Shown: in pieces, positions 1-9,766 of the stretch
How positions within the stretch are numbered: position 1 is the stretch's first letter
How the letters are laid out: each line of letters begins with the position of its first letter
Assembly (NCBI GenBank): GCA_032161105.1
Contig: JAVHTD010000007.1
Length of the DNA stretch: 64,000 nt
Source: Candidatus Thermosaccharophagus tengchongensis
Lineage (GTDB): Bacteria > Armatimonadota > Fervidibacteria > Fervidibacterales > Thermosaccharophagaceae
Strand: one strand, 5' to 3'
Made by a program: the position numbers and the translations under genes
The notes under the pieces: model-generated
What the model was told of the DNA's origin: nothing
What the model saw: the letters and a program-made list of their open reading frames with translations, nothing else
Database searches by the model: none

Positions 1-699
1 GTGCTCACTGAGACAACTGCTGATTTGGCTTGGGCTCTGATGATGGCGGTGGCAAGGAGGTTGAACGAGGCTGAGCGCCATTTGCGTTCGGGGAAGTGGG
101 AAGGTTGGGGACCGATGCAATTTCTCGGCGCAGATGTGTGGGGCAAGGTTTTGGGCATAGTCGGTTTTGGGCGCATAGGGAAGGCTGTCGCAAGGCGTGC
201 ATGGGGATTTGATATGCGCGTCATTTACTACGATTATGTGCGTGCCGATGAGGAGATAGAGAGAGCCCTCCGCGCCACTTATGTTCCATTTGATGAGTTA
301 CTTGGGCAATCCGATTTTGTGAGCATACATGTGCCGCTCATAATGCACGGACCGAACAAAACATACCACATGTTCAGCGATAGGGAGTTTGATTTGATGA
401 AGCCGACGGCTTTTCTCATCAATACATCTCGTGGTCCCGTCGTTGATGAAAAGGCACTCGTTAGGGCTTTGAAGGGGGGCAAGATAGCCGGTGCCGGATT
501 GGATGTGTATGAGAACGAGCCGCAAGTTGAACCCGAGCTGCTTGAGATGGATAATGTCGTTCTTCTGCCTCACATAGGGAGCGCCACCACGGAAACAAGA
601 ACGAAGATGGCTCTTATAGCCGTTGAGAATGTGCTTGCGGTGTTGCGCGGCGAGCGCCCACCGAATATCGTCAATCCGGAGATTTACGAGGGTGAGTAA
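1..699 (+). CDS. D-isomer 2-hydroxyacid dehydrogenase (glyoxylate reductase / D-glycerate dehydrogenase type), 5'-truncated by the window edge
   Basis: LGIVGFGRIG Rossmann motif, INTSRGPVVDE, GLDVYENEP, LPHIGSAT catalytic His motif. Confidence 0.9.
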   Translation: MLTETTADLAWALMMAVARRLNEAERHLRSGKWEGWGPMQFLGADVWGKVLGIVGFGRIGKAVARRAWGFDMRVIYYDYVRADEEIERALRATYVPFDELLGQSDFVSIHVPLIMHGPNKTYHMFSDREFDLMKPTAFLINTSRGPVVDEKALVRALKGGKIAGAGLDVYENEPQVEPELLEMDNVVLLPHIGSATTETRTKMALIAVENVLAVLRGERPPNIVNPEIYEGE

Positions 700-745
700 C
701 TGCCTGCGAGGCGCTCATATGCAACGGTGGTGAGGTTTTGCGCCA

Positions 746-1612
746 ATGATTGGTGGCATCATCTTGGTCGTTGTATTCGTGCTCGCCATTGCTGTTGCCT
801 TTATCATAATCGTTCGGGCGCTTATCGGCACTGCCGAGGAGTGGTGGAGTAAGCCGCCGGAGGTAGCGTTGCAGCTTCCGCCGCCATCGGTCACCGGACC
901 TGAGTGCATCGTGCTGGCATTTGCTGATATGTTCATTGAGGCAGCTGAGTCGCCATCAGAGCACCTCAAAACTCAGTTCACACAGGTGCCATCCTCTGGG
1001 ATGCATGTCCACAATAGGCAACTCGCCGAGGAAATGCTGTTTGCATCCTTTGTGTGGCTATTCCGTGAGGGTGCTATTGAATGGAGCTTGCGCAAGCGCA
1101 ACATAGACCCATTTTCACCGTTCCCACCGCGAGACTGGGAACTGCACATGCGTCCGATAAGGGCATTTCCGAGGACGCCATTCGGGCGCAACTTTGAAGT
1201 CGGCTTTAAGCGTGCGCTCAAATCGTGGCTCATACACAAGCCGGGCGATGACACAGCTTCAGTTGAAGAGGTCATTGAATTCTCGCTCCGTGAAATGCGC
1301 AAGCTGATGGGGCGCATGTGGCTTTCCGGGGACGCTTGTAAAGACCTCATTCAGTATGTGCAACGCTTCCTTGCCGAACAGGGTCTGTATGAAATGCATG
1401 AAGAAGTTGGCTTCCTCGGCAGGAGGATGCTCTCATTTAAGCCAATAAAGGAGCGCTTTGAGGAATTGCGACCACAGGCTGAGCAGCTGAAAGCGCAGCT
1501 GATGGAGTTCATGAGGGATGAGCCGACATTGGCAGAGCAGCTTCGCACGAGCATATCGGAGGGAATGGCAGCCATCAGGCAACTTGAACCCAACAGGGAT
1601 TTGTTCTTCTAA
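746..1612 (+). CDS. Hypothetical protein with N-terminal membrane anchor
   Basis: 288-aa ORF, strongly hydrophobic N-terminus, GGTGAGG upstream; no secure family match. Confidence 0.75.
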   Translation: MIGGIILVVVFVLAIAVAFIIIVRALIGTAEEWWSKPPEVALQLPPPSVTGPECIVLAFADMFIEAAESPSEHLKTQFTQVPSSGMHVHNRQLAEEMLFASFVWLFREGAIEWSLRKRNIDPFSPFPPRDWELHMRPIRAFPRTPFGRNFEVGFKRALKSWLIHKPGDDTASVEEVIEFSLREMRKLMGRMWLSGDACKDLIQYVQRFLAEQGLYEMHEEVGFLGRRMLSFKPIKERFEELRPQAEQLKAQLMEFMRDEPTLAEQLRTSISEGMAAIRQLEPNRDLFF

Positions 1613-1754
1613 CAGCGGGCTTGTTAGTAAGGGCTGTTTTTAATTGAGCCCAAGTCAATCTTTGGATGGCAATTTTGTTTCTCGCTGTGGCAAGGCTCTG
1701 AGGCGCATCGCACACTATATGAGGAGTCCATTTGAACTCACAAGCTCATAATGG

Positions 1755-2696
1755 GTGAGGAGCGTGCGCATAGTCATAACCGGTGGGGCTGGTTTCATAG
1801 GCTCTCACTTGGTTAGGCGTTGGCTAAAGGAAGGGCACGAAGTTGTCGTAATAGACAACTTCATCACTGGCAGGCTTGAGAATCTACCTGATGGGAGCGG
1901 TGGGCGACTCACGCTCATCCGCTACGACTGCTGCAACTTCCTCTACATTGATGGTCATGTGGATTATGTTGCCCACTTTGCAAGTCCAGCCAGCCCAGCA
2001 GACTATTTGCGCCACCCAATTGAGACATTGCTTGTAAACTCTCTCGGCACATGGCGGACATTAGGGTTGGCTCGTGCTAAGGGGGCAAAGTATATCCTCG
2101 CTTCAACCTCCGAAGTTTATGGCGACCCACTTGTAAATCCGCAGAGTGAGAGCTATTGGGGAAATGTCAACCCGATTGGCATCCGCAGCGTGTATGATGA
2201 GGCGAAGCGCTTCGCTGAAGCGCTCGTTATGGCGTATCATCGTCAACATGGGTTAAACACTCGCATAGCTCGCATATTCAACACATACGGACCCGGGATG
2301 CGCCCGGATGATGGGCGTGTGATACCGAACTTCATCTGTCAAGCGTTGCGCAGTGAGCCGTTAACCATCCACGGTGATGGGACTCAGACACGCTCATTCT
2401 GCTACATAGATGACATGGTTGAGGGGATTGCAAAGCTGATGATGTCGGATTTGCATGAACCAGTCAATTTGGGCAACCCAAATGAAATGCGCATTATTGA
2501 CCTTGCCAAACTCATCATAAGGCTCACCGGGAGCAGGTCAGAGATCATGTTCAAACCGCTCCCTGAAGATGATCCAAAGCAGCGCCGACCGGATATAACC
2601 AAAGCAAAGCAACTGCTCAATTGGGAACCCAAAGTGCCAATTGAGGAAGGGCTTAAGTGCACCATTGAATACTTCAGGCGCTTACTATCACTTTAG
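1755..2696 (+). CDS. UDP-glucuronate decarboxylase-like NAD-dependent epimerase/dehydratase (SDR)
   Basis: [50 protein letters not shown]. Confidence 0.92.
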   Translation: MRSVRIVITGGAGFIGSHLVRRWLKEGHEVVVIDNFITGRLENLPDGSGGRLTLIRYDCCNFLYIDGHVDYVAHFASPASPADYLRHPIETLLVNSLGTWRTLGLARAKGAKYILASTSEVYGDPLVNPQSESYWGNVNPIGIRSVYDEAKRFAEALVMAYHRQHGLNTRIARIFNTYGPGMRPDDGRVIPNFICQALRSEPLTIHGDGTQTRSFCYIDDMVEGIAKLMMSDLHEPVNLGNPNEMRIIDLAKLIIRLTGSRSEIMFKPLPEDDPKQRRPDITKAKQLLNWEPKVPIEEGLKCTIEYFRRLLSL

Positions 2697-2762
2697 CTCT
2701 CGCAAGCCAAACTGACCTTGATTGGCGAATCAAGTTGCCAAACACACCGTGAGGTGAACTGC

Positions 2763-3776
2763 GTGAAGGGGCAGCTCAAGTTTGTCCCTTGCACAATAGC
2801 ATTTTGTCTCTCCATCGGTGTGGCGGTTTCACAGGTCAAGGTGGATCAAATTGTGTATCGTGGGTGGGAGCATTCGTATCGGATAACAAACGGCATTGTT
2901 GAGGTGGTCGTCGTCCCGCAGATTGGTCGGATCATGAGTTACAGGTTTATTGATGGCGATAATGTGCTCTGGGAGAATGAGAAATGGTTTGGCAAGTTGC
3001 GCAGGGACGCAAAGCCGAACGAGTGGGCAAACTTCGGTGGGGATAAGGTATGGCCCGGACCGCAGAACCAGTGGAAGGAAGTGATGGGGCGTTCTTGGCC
3101 GCCTGATGAGGCATTTGATGGCGGTGAGTGCACCGTAAACGAACTCCAAGACGGAGTTGAGCTTGTCACTCCTGTGAGCCCATATTACGGTGCGTGGCTT
3201 GTTAGGGAAATTCGCCTCAGCGCTGATTCAACTCGCCTGACGATAAAGCAACGCCTTGAGAAGCTCCGCCTCCCAATTGTGGACATGCTGATATGGAGCG
3301 TGACGCAGATACGGTCGCCGGATTTGGTCCTGCTTCCGATTAACCCGAAGAGCAAGTTTGAGAACGGCTTCACCATACTCGCCGGGGGTGAAGTTGAGCA
3401 GCAATATCGGCGCATTGAGGATAACTTCCTGCTTGTGCGGCGACACCCGAATAAGGCGACCAAGGTGGGAACAGATGCGACTGAGTGCTGGTTGGCATCA
3501 TTTCACGGTGATGTGCTGTTTACGCAACATGCCAAGTTCGTTGAGGGTGCCGTATACCCTGACGGCGGTTGCACAGTTGAAGTTTACACCAACCCAGATG
3601 AACTCCCCTATGTTGAGCTTGAGCTGCTCAGCCCAATACTCAAGCTCGGTCTCGGTGAAGAAGCGCGGTTTGACATTGCGTGGCAGCTGCACAAACTGAA
3701 GGCTGTCCCGAAGGATGATTCCGAGCGCCTGCGCATCTTGAAGGAGCTCATCGAGCGCTCAAAAGTGCCGCTATAA
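2763..3776 (+). CDS. Secreted DUF4380-like protein
   Basis: Signal-like N-terminus after GAGGTG RBS (GTG 2763); VVVPQIGRIM, GGDKVWPGPQ, YPDGGCTVEVY, YVELELLSP. Confidence 0.65.
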   Translation: MKGQLKFVPCTIAFCLSIGVAVSQVKVDQIVYRGWEHSYRITNGIVEVVVVPQIGRIMSYRFIDGDNVLWENEKWFGKLRRDAKPNEWANFGGDKVWPGPQNQWKEVMGRSWPPDEAFDGGECTVNELQDGVELVTPVSPYYGAWLVREIRLSADSTRLTIKQRLEKLRLPIVDMLIWSVTQIRSPDLVLLPINPKSKFENGFTILAGGEVEQQYRRIEDNFLLVRRHPNKATKVGTDATECWLASFHGDVLFTQHAKFVEGAVYPDGGCTVEVYTNPDELPYVELELLSPILKLGLGEEARFDIAWQLHKLKAVPKDDSERLRILKELIERSKVPL

Positions 3777-3840
3777 GGTGCAGTGGATAAACTGCGACGC
3801 TTCGCCATCATTATGCACAAAGTAGCTTTGGAAGCAGCGC

Positions 3841-4875
3841 TCAACTTTTGAAGTGCTCATAGCCGCCGACGAGTTTTATGAGCCTTCCATGCTCATCAAT
3901 TCCGTAAACGCCCGGCTTGCCTGCTTCTGCTGAACCGACAATTGAGCATCTGACATTGCAAGTGCTCTCAACGGCATTGCAGACATGGCGCGCATGTTCT
4001 GCCGGGACAAACATAGCAAGCTCATAATCCTCTCCGCCATATAGCGCCATCTCAATCGGGGAGCAATTTAGCAGCTTGCTCGCGCTGATTGCCTGCTGGC
4101 TTATTGGAAGGCTCTCAAGTGAGAGGCATATGCGCACATCGCTCATCTCTGCGACCCTTTCCAAGTCGCTCACCAAGCCATCGCTCAAATCAATGGCGCA
4201 CTCACAAAGCCCTGTGGAGAGGACGGTCATTCCCTCGCGCACTCGCGGCACAGGTCTTAAATGCCGTGTTGCAAGCCACCTTAACGGTTTTGAGCGCATC
4301 ACAGCTTTCCGTCCAAAGCGTTGAAGGGCGAGCAGACCGATTGCTGAATCCCCGAGTGTGCCGGTAACGATGATCAGGTCGCCCGGCTTGGCATTGGAGC
4401 GCCTTGGCAGCTTGCCCTCACACCACCCTACAACACTCACCGATATGAAGATGCCTTTCTCGGAGCTTGATGTATCTCCACCGACTATAGCCACACCGAA
4501 GTTTGTGGCGAGCTCAATCATGCCGTGATAAAATTGGTGCACCCAACTGACCGCAATGTCGCATGGTAAGGCAAGCGACACGAACGCAGCAGCTGGCTTT
4601 GAAAACATCGCAGCCATGTCGCTCAAGTTGACCGCGAGCGCCTTCCATCCCAAATCGTATGGTGTTGCGTATGCTCGCTCAAAGTGGACTCCCTCAACGA
4701 TGGCATCGGTTGTTATGGCAATTTGCTTTGCGGCGCCGATGTTCAACACAGCTGTGTCATCACCAATGCCGATTGCCACATCCTCTCGGTCGCCAAATCG
4801 CTTCCCGAGCTCATCATATAGCCATTTGAGCAAGCCCCATTCACCAACATCCCTCAACGCTCTGCGCGCACGCAT
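3841..4875 (-). CDS. thiL: Thiamine-monophosphate kinase
   Basis: GIGDDTA, VNLSDMAAM, GGDT, IDLSDGL, GGEDYEL; start overlaps the thiE stop by one base. Confidence 0.95.
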   Translation of the reverse strand: MRARRALRDVGEWGLLKWLYDELGKRFGDREDVAIGIGDDTAVLNIGAAKQIAITTDAIVEGVHFERAYATPYDLGWKALAVNLSDMAAMFSKPAAAFVSLALPCDIAVSWVHQFYHGMIELATNFGVAIVGGDTSSSEKGIFISVSVVGWCEGKLPRRSNAKPGDLIIVTGTLGDSAIGLLALQRFGRKAVMRSKPLRWLATRHLRPVPRVREGMTVLSTGLCECAIDLSDGLVSDLERVAEMSDVRICLSLESLPISQQAISASKLLNCSPIEMALYGGEDYELAMFVPAEHARHVCNAVESTCNVRCSIVGSAEAGKPGVYGIDEHGRLIKLVGGYEHFKS

Positions 4876-5540
4876 TATGAGCGCCCCCTGTATGTCTCAC
4901 AAATGCGCACGAGTTCTTTAACTGCTCTCAGAGGTTCATCTGACATCGCCACCGCGGATATAACGGCTATGGCATCAGCGCCGGCTTCAATGACCAAAGG
5001 GGCGTTCTCATGCGTGATGCCACCAATTGCAACCACGGGTATGCTGACAGCCGTTTTGACAGCCTTCACCATCTCAAGCCCGACAGCCTGAGCAGCATCT
5101 GGCTTTGTCGCCGTCGGAAACACGGCGCCAATTGAGACATAGTCGGCGCCCATTCTCTCAGCCTCAATGGCTTGCTCAACATTGTCAACGGAACGCCCTA
5201 TTAGCGCTCCTTCGCCCATGAGCTCCCTCGCAATCTCTATTGGCATGTCGTCATCTCCCAAGTGAACTCCGTCAGCTTTGCACGCCAATGCGACATCAAC
5301 CCTGTCGTTGATGATGAGCAATGTATCTGTGCATGCTGTCATTCGGCGCATCGTCATCGCCCATCCAATGAGCTCTCTTGTTGTGGCGTTCTTGTCACGA
5401 AGTTGGACGGCACAAGCACCGCCATCAACTGCAGCTTTGGAGATGGATATGTGATCGTGCAATGGGTTAATGTAGCGGTCGGTGATCACATAGACGCCAT
5501 GTATCTTTTGGCGCTTTTCATAGCGCAAACAAGACCGCAT
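4875..5540 (-). CDS. thiE: Thiamine-phosphate synthase
   Basis: VQLRDK, INDRVDVA, GVHLGDDD, FPTATK, VAIGGI, AVISA. Confidence 0.95.
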   Translation of the reverse strand: MRSCLRYEKRQKIHGVYVITDRYINPLHDHISISKAAVDGGACAVQLRDKNATTRELIGWAMTMRRMTACTDTLLIINDRVDVALACKADGVHLGDDDMPIEIARELMGEGALIGRSVDNVEQAIEAERMGADYVSIGAVFPTATKPDAAQAVGLEMVKAVKTAVSIPVVAIGGITHENAPLVIEAGADAIAVISAVAMSDEPLRAVKELVRICETYRGRS

Positions 5541-5653
5541 CCTCGCTCACCAACTTCCGTCAGTCAATTGCGCGTGATATACTGACGCAATGTAATTGTA
5601 GCGTTTGAAATGTTTTACTCCACTTGGGTCTTCTCGGCGAGGGGGCAGTTTTC

Positions 5654-6373
5654 ATGAGCGGACTTTCAAGAGAGCGCTTTGCAATCCATATTTCGCAAGA
5701 TGGTGAATTGAGCTTCTTCAGTGTGCAGCTTGATGCGATGCACATACAGGCTTTGCTTGAGAGGACGATCAGGAAGAAAGCTCTGTGGAGGTTCGTTGGT
5801 GACCTTTTACCTGTGGGAGTGAAAGTCCCATTGCCAACTGGGGAGAGCGTTGATGTCCTCGCTGTGGATGGGTTATGCAACTGCGTTGGCGTGCTAATTG
5901 ACCTACAGCCTGCCAAGCCAATTTCACTCATCATTGGGCGCGCGATAGTCGTAGCATCATGGCTTGATGGTCTCTCATACGCAGATGTTCTGCGCATAGC
6001 GAGGGATTGGTGGGGAGAGCCGAATGCTGACCTGATTTCCGTTCACGCACAGATGTTTAGTGGGGCGGGCGGAGAGCAAATTGGTCGCCGCGGGGGAGTA
6101 ACCTCGGCTGGTTTTAACGAACACCCGATGGTGGTGATATTAACCGCAACCCGAGAGAGCCTACCTGAGCTGCACCGATACTTGCTCCGTCAGGGGATAT
6201 CCGTTGAGGTTGCACAAGTTGAAGCGTTTACTGATGATGCAGGAAGGGCTATAATTTGCGTTGAACGCGTTAGTGCAGTCGGTGCTCCGCCTCGCACGCC
6301 GACTCAACCTCATGGGGAGGTTATGGGGTTGGTGCAATCCTTCTTGAGCGCATTGGTTGAGCGCGGTGAATAA
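5654..6373 (+). CDS. Hypothetical protein resembling NucS-like PD-(D/E)XK proteins, catalytic residues apparently lost
   Basis: LLPVG..VDVLAVD..CVGVLIDL..ASWLDGLSY..FNEHPMVVIL parallels the IDLLAID..VIIELK..QxxxYASW pattern, but E-x-K and QxxxY are absent. Confidence 0.5.
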   Translation: MSGLSRERFAIHISQDGELSFFSVQLDAMHIQALLERTIRKKALWRFVGDLLPVGVKVPLPTGESVDVLAVDGLCNCVGVLIDLQPAKPISLIIGRAIVVASWLDGLSYADVLRIARDWWGEPNADLISVHAQMFSGAGGEQIGRRGGVTSAGFNEHPMVVILTATRESLPELHRYLLRQGISVEVAQVEAFTDDAGRAIICVERVSAVGAPPRTPTQPHGEVMGLVQSFLSALVERGE

Positions 6374-6410
6374 CCATCAATCCAGTTGCTGAAGCCGGGG
6401 GTATTGCACG

Positions 6411-8201
6411 GTGATGTTGGAGTATCAGACAAAGCATTCAACGCACCTCAATCCGAGAGAGATATTTGAACTCGCCATAGAGGTGATGCTCACCCTCATT
6501 GATGGAGATGTGGGGTGGGTAATTGCGCACGATAGGTTGTCGGGTTCAACTCACATTGTGGCGCGCAGGGAGTTGGGCGGTCAAACTACATCCGCAATTG
6601 ATGAGAGGCATGTTAGCGAGTTGGCTATGGGTGTAATTCGCTCAGGAGAGCCACTTGTGCTGGATGCTGAAAGGGCATCTGAAGAGGAATTGGCGAAGCT
6701 TAAACGGTTTGGAATTGGTTCACTCATTGTTGCGCCGATGCTGTGCGGCGATCAAGTCATAGGAGCTATGTGCATTGTGAGCAAATTGAGGAAGCGATTT
6801 AAGCAAGCCGAGTTTGATGCAGTCTGGCAAACTGCTGCTAAGCTCGGTGACCTTGTAATTGGGTTCTCTCCGATGCCGTATGACTATGTCTCGCTGCGGC
6901 GTTACCTTGAATCGGCAGCTTGCATTGATGCTTCACAGCTGCTTGAGCGCAATATCAGTATACTCCTTCACCTTGCATTGCTCGCAACCCAATGCGAAGC
7001 CGGCATCCTCATACTCTGCTCACCAAAGGATAAGCGCACAAAAGCCCTTCTGATGCGCGGCAGCAAGGAGATGCTTGAAGGATTAAAGGAACGGATAAAG
7101 CCCATTGTGGGCTCGGATGGCGGTGAGATTGAAAAGCTTTCGCTTGACGATATGGTTGCAGCCTTTACAAGCGGAGTAAAGCATTATGCAGCTCTCATCA
7201 CAAATGCCTCTGGGGTTATCGGACAGCTAATCCTGTTCGGCGATGGGCGCGACTTCCCGTTGGGAAAGAAGCAGCGCGTTGTTGCCCAAATAGCAGCGCA
7301 TGCAGGCATAGCTATTGAACGAGTAGCCTCGCTGTTCTTGCTTGAGAGGATGATTTGGACGGATCCAGTAACTGGATTGGTTAACAAGCAATACTGGCTC
7401 GCGAAAGCCGAGGAGGAGATTGCGAGGGCTCGCAGAATGAGATTGCCGGTGAGCGCTGTGCTAATTGACCTTGATGGCTTTAAGGCGATTAACGACTTCT
7501 TAGGGCATGTAAAGGGAGACATCGTGCTCCGTCAGGTTGGCAGCGCATTGAGGAGGAATGTTAGGCGATATGATGTTGTTGCAAGAATTGGCGGTGATGA
7601 GTTTGCATTGCTTCTCCCAGCAACATCGCCCTCCGGGGCGATGGTTGTTGCCGAGAGGTTGCGCAGCCTAATTGAGAGCTTGGATTTAAGCAGCTCAGTT
7701 GGATGTGCAATCCGTTTGACAGCGAGTATAGGCGTGGCAACTGCACCAAAAGCTGGTGACACACCGGAGAAGCTCCTTGAGGCGGCTGACAGGGCAATGG
7801 CGATGGCGAAGCGCTCAGGAAAGAACCGAATAGCGCGTGATGAAAGCACCGGTGAGGAAGAGGAAGCAGCATGGGCGAACATATCACTCCTGTTTGACAC
7901 ACGCTTGGTCAAGTGGTTCGTGAGCAGGATATGCCACGAGATAAACAACCCAGCACAGGGCATACTCGGCATTGCGGAGTTGCTGTTGCAAAGGGTGGAA
8001 CCGCTCCCGGAGGATGTGCAGAATGAGATTGTGAGGGTGCAAAAACTCATTATGCGTATCCGTGAGGTGACGCACAAACTCGCCACTTCCTCTCATGCTG
8101 ACCTCGTGAAGTATGCCCGCGAGTTCGCCGAAGTGATGAATCGCATATCGCTGCCCAATGGTAACAACAATAGCACCGGCAGTGGACAGGCAAAGCCGTA
8201 G
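6411..8201 (+). CDS. GAF-GAF-GGDEF diguanylate cyclase with C-terminal HisKA-like (H-box) segment
   Basis: DLDGFKAINDFLGHVKGD and RRYDVVARIGGDEF (I-site and A-site intact); tail RICHEINNPAQGILG with no HATPase domain after it. Confidence 0.88.
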   Translation: MMLEYQTKHSTHLNPREIFELAIEVMLTLIDGDVGWVIAHDRLSGSTHIVARRELGGQTTSAIDERHVSELAMGVIRSGEPLVLDAERASEEELAKLKRFGIGSLIVAPMLCGDQVIGAMCIVSKLRKRFKQAEFDAVWQTAAKLGDLVIGFSPMPYDYVSLRRYLESAACIDASQLLERNISILLHLALLATQCEAGILILCSPKDKRTKALLMRGSKEMLEGLKERIKPIVGSDGGEIEKLSLDDMVAAFTSGVKHYAALITNASGVIGQLILFGDGRDFPLGKKQRVVAQIAAHAGIAIERVASLFLLERMIWTDPVTGLVNKQYWLAKAEEEIARARRMRLPVSAVLIDLDGFKAINDFLGHVKGDIVLRQVGSALRRNVRRYDVVARIGGDEFALLLPATSPSGAMVVAERLRSLIESLDLSSSVGCAIRLTASIGVATAPKAGDTPEKLLEAADRAMAMAKRSGKNRIARDESTGEEEEAAWANISLLFDTRLVKWFVSRICHEINNPAQGILGIAELLLQRVEPLPEDVQNEIVRVQKLIMRIREVTHKLATSSHADLVKYAREFAEVMNRISLPNGNNNSTGSGQAKP

Positions 8202-8225
8202 CTGTAGCAAGGCATGCAGAGGTGA

Positions 8226-9713
8226 ATGCCTCAAATGAACGAACCGGGTATGGGAGGTCAATCGGCGGATAGGGGAATGCGGGTGGCGGTTATTGATGAT
8301 GATGAGATTGTCAGGGAAGTGTGCAAGGCTGTTCTGAAGCGCCACTCATACGATGTAGTGGAATTCAGCGATGGTCAGTCCGCTTTGGGCGCGTCACGCC
8401 ATGAGAGGTTTGATATCGCCATCATTGACTGGGTGCTTCCGGATTGCGATGGATCTGCGCTCTTCAGGGAGCTAAAGGAGATGATGCCCAACCTTGTCGG
8501 GATTGCCATTCTTGGGCAGGGTTCGTATGAGGCAATTGCCCAATCCCTCAGCGGAGGCATGCTGTGGACGCTGATCAAGCCGTTTACAATTTCGGAGTTG
8601 CTTTCGGTTGTAGATGCTGCACGCAGATATGTGCGCCTTGTTGAAATGGCTGAACGGGTGAGCTTGTATGTGGACATAGAGAGGGCGACCAAAAGCCTGC
8701 TTAGGGAGATTGACCTTGAGCCACTCAGCGAATTAATCGTTCGCGAGGCAGCTGGGCGTGCGAACTCGGATGCTGCATCACTGCTTGTGGTTGATAGGTT
8801 ATGCAACTGCTTGAGAGTGGTTGGCGCGATTGGTGCGCCATCGGCTGTGAAGGGCATTGAGGTTAAACCCACAAGCGGCATCGTCGGGCTTGTCCTTCGG
8901 CTGCGCAAACCGATCGTCATCAACAAAGAGACCATTAAGCAAGCTCACATTGCCGAGAGACTGCGATATGGTGGGAAGGGAAGCGCGATCTCATTCCCGC
9001 TCGGCGAGAATGATGAGATAAGCGGCGTGCTCAACATAACTCGCTTCCCTGAGGAACCGCAGCTTACTGAGGAAGATGCCGGTAAGCTGAGTTGGTTTGT
9101 CGCTCATACAAGCCTTGCGCTATCACGCTCGCTGCATTACGAATGGTTGAAGGAGAGTTTCTTTGGCACAGCGCAGGCTGTTGTTTCCCTCCTTGAGGCG
9201 CAAGATCCGTATAGGCGTTCGCATTCTGAACGAGTCGCAGAGTATGCATGTGCGCTCGCCGCAGCGATTGGGTGCTCAAAGCGCGAGATCGAGTTGCTGA
9301 GGGCATCGGCGCTATTGTATCAGATTGGGTTACATCAGATTGACAAAAGCATACTCCACAAGCCGTCCAAGCTCACGGATGAGGAATATGAGCAAATCAA
9401 GCGCTACCCAGAGCTCTCACTGCGCCTGCTCAGAGGCGTGCCGCTGATTCAGAGCATAGGTGAAATCATAATATCGCACCGTGAACATTGCGATGGCAGT
9501 GGCTATCCGATGGGCAAGCGCGGTGACGAAATACCTCTGTTGGCGCGCTTGCTCGCTGTGGCTGACACTTATGTCGCTTTGACATCGCAAAGACCACACC
9601 GCCCGGCAATGAGCGAAGAGCAAGCGAAAGAGGAATTGATGAGGATGGCTGGCAAGGAGCTTGACAGCGATTTGACCAACGCCTTCATCAACCTTGTGCT
9701 TGCTAAGGCTTAA
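8226..9713 (+). CDS. REC-GAF-HD-GYP protein with degenerate HD motif
   Basis: IDDD, IIDWVLP, KPF receiver motifs; HSERVA; LLYQIGL in place of LLHDIGK; HREHCDGSGYP. Confidence 0.88.
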   Translation: MPQMNEPGMGGQSADRGMRVAVIDDDEIVREVCKAVLKRHSYDVVEFSDGQSALGASRHERFDIAIIDWVLPDCDGSALFRELKEMMPNLVGIAILGQGSYEAIAQSLSGGMLWTLIKPFTISELLSVVDAARRYVRLVEMAERVSLYVDIERATKSLLREIDLEPLSELIVREAAGRANSDAASLLVVDRLCNCLRVVGAIGAPSAVKGIEVKPTSGIVGLVLRLRKPIVINKETIKQAHIAERLRYGGKGSAISFPLGENDEISGVLNITRFPEEPQLTEEDAGKLSWFVAHTSLALSRSLHYEWLKESFFGTAQAVVSLLEAQDPYRRSHSERVAEYACALAAAIGCSKREIELLRASALLYQIGLHQIDKSILHKPSKLTDEEYEQIKRYPELSLRLLRGVPLIQSIGEIIISHREHCDGSGYPMGKRGDEIPLLARLLAVADTYVALTSQRPHRPAMSEEQAKEELMRMAGKELDSDLTNAFINLVLAKA

Positions 9714-9766
9714 CTGTAGATGATTGAGATTGCATTGGCTCCGAAAGTGGCGTTGCTTCTCGGTGT

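Noticed and set aside
5541..5653. TPP riboswitch before thiE
   Set aside because: Short divergent spacer without the conserved CTGAGA and GATAAT..GCGTAGG blocks
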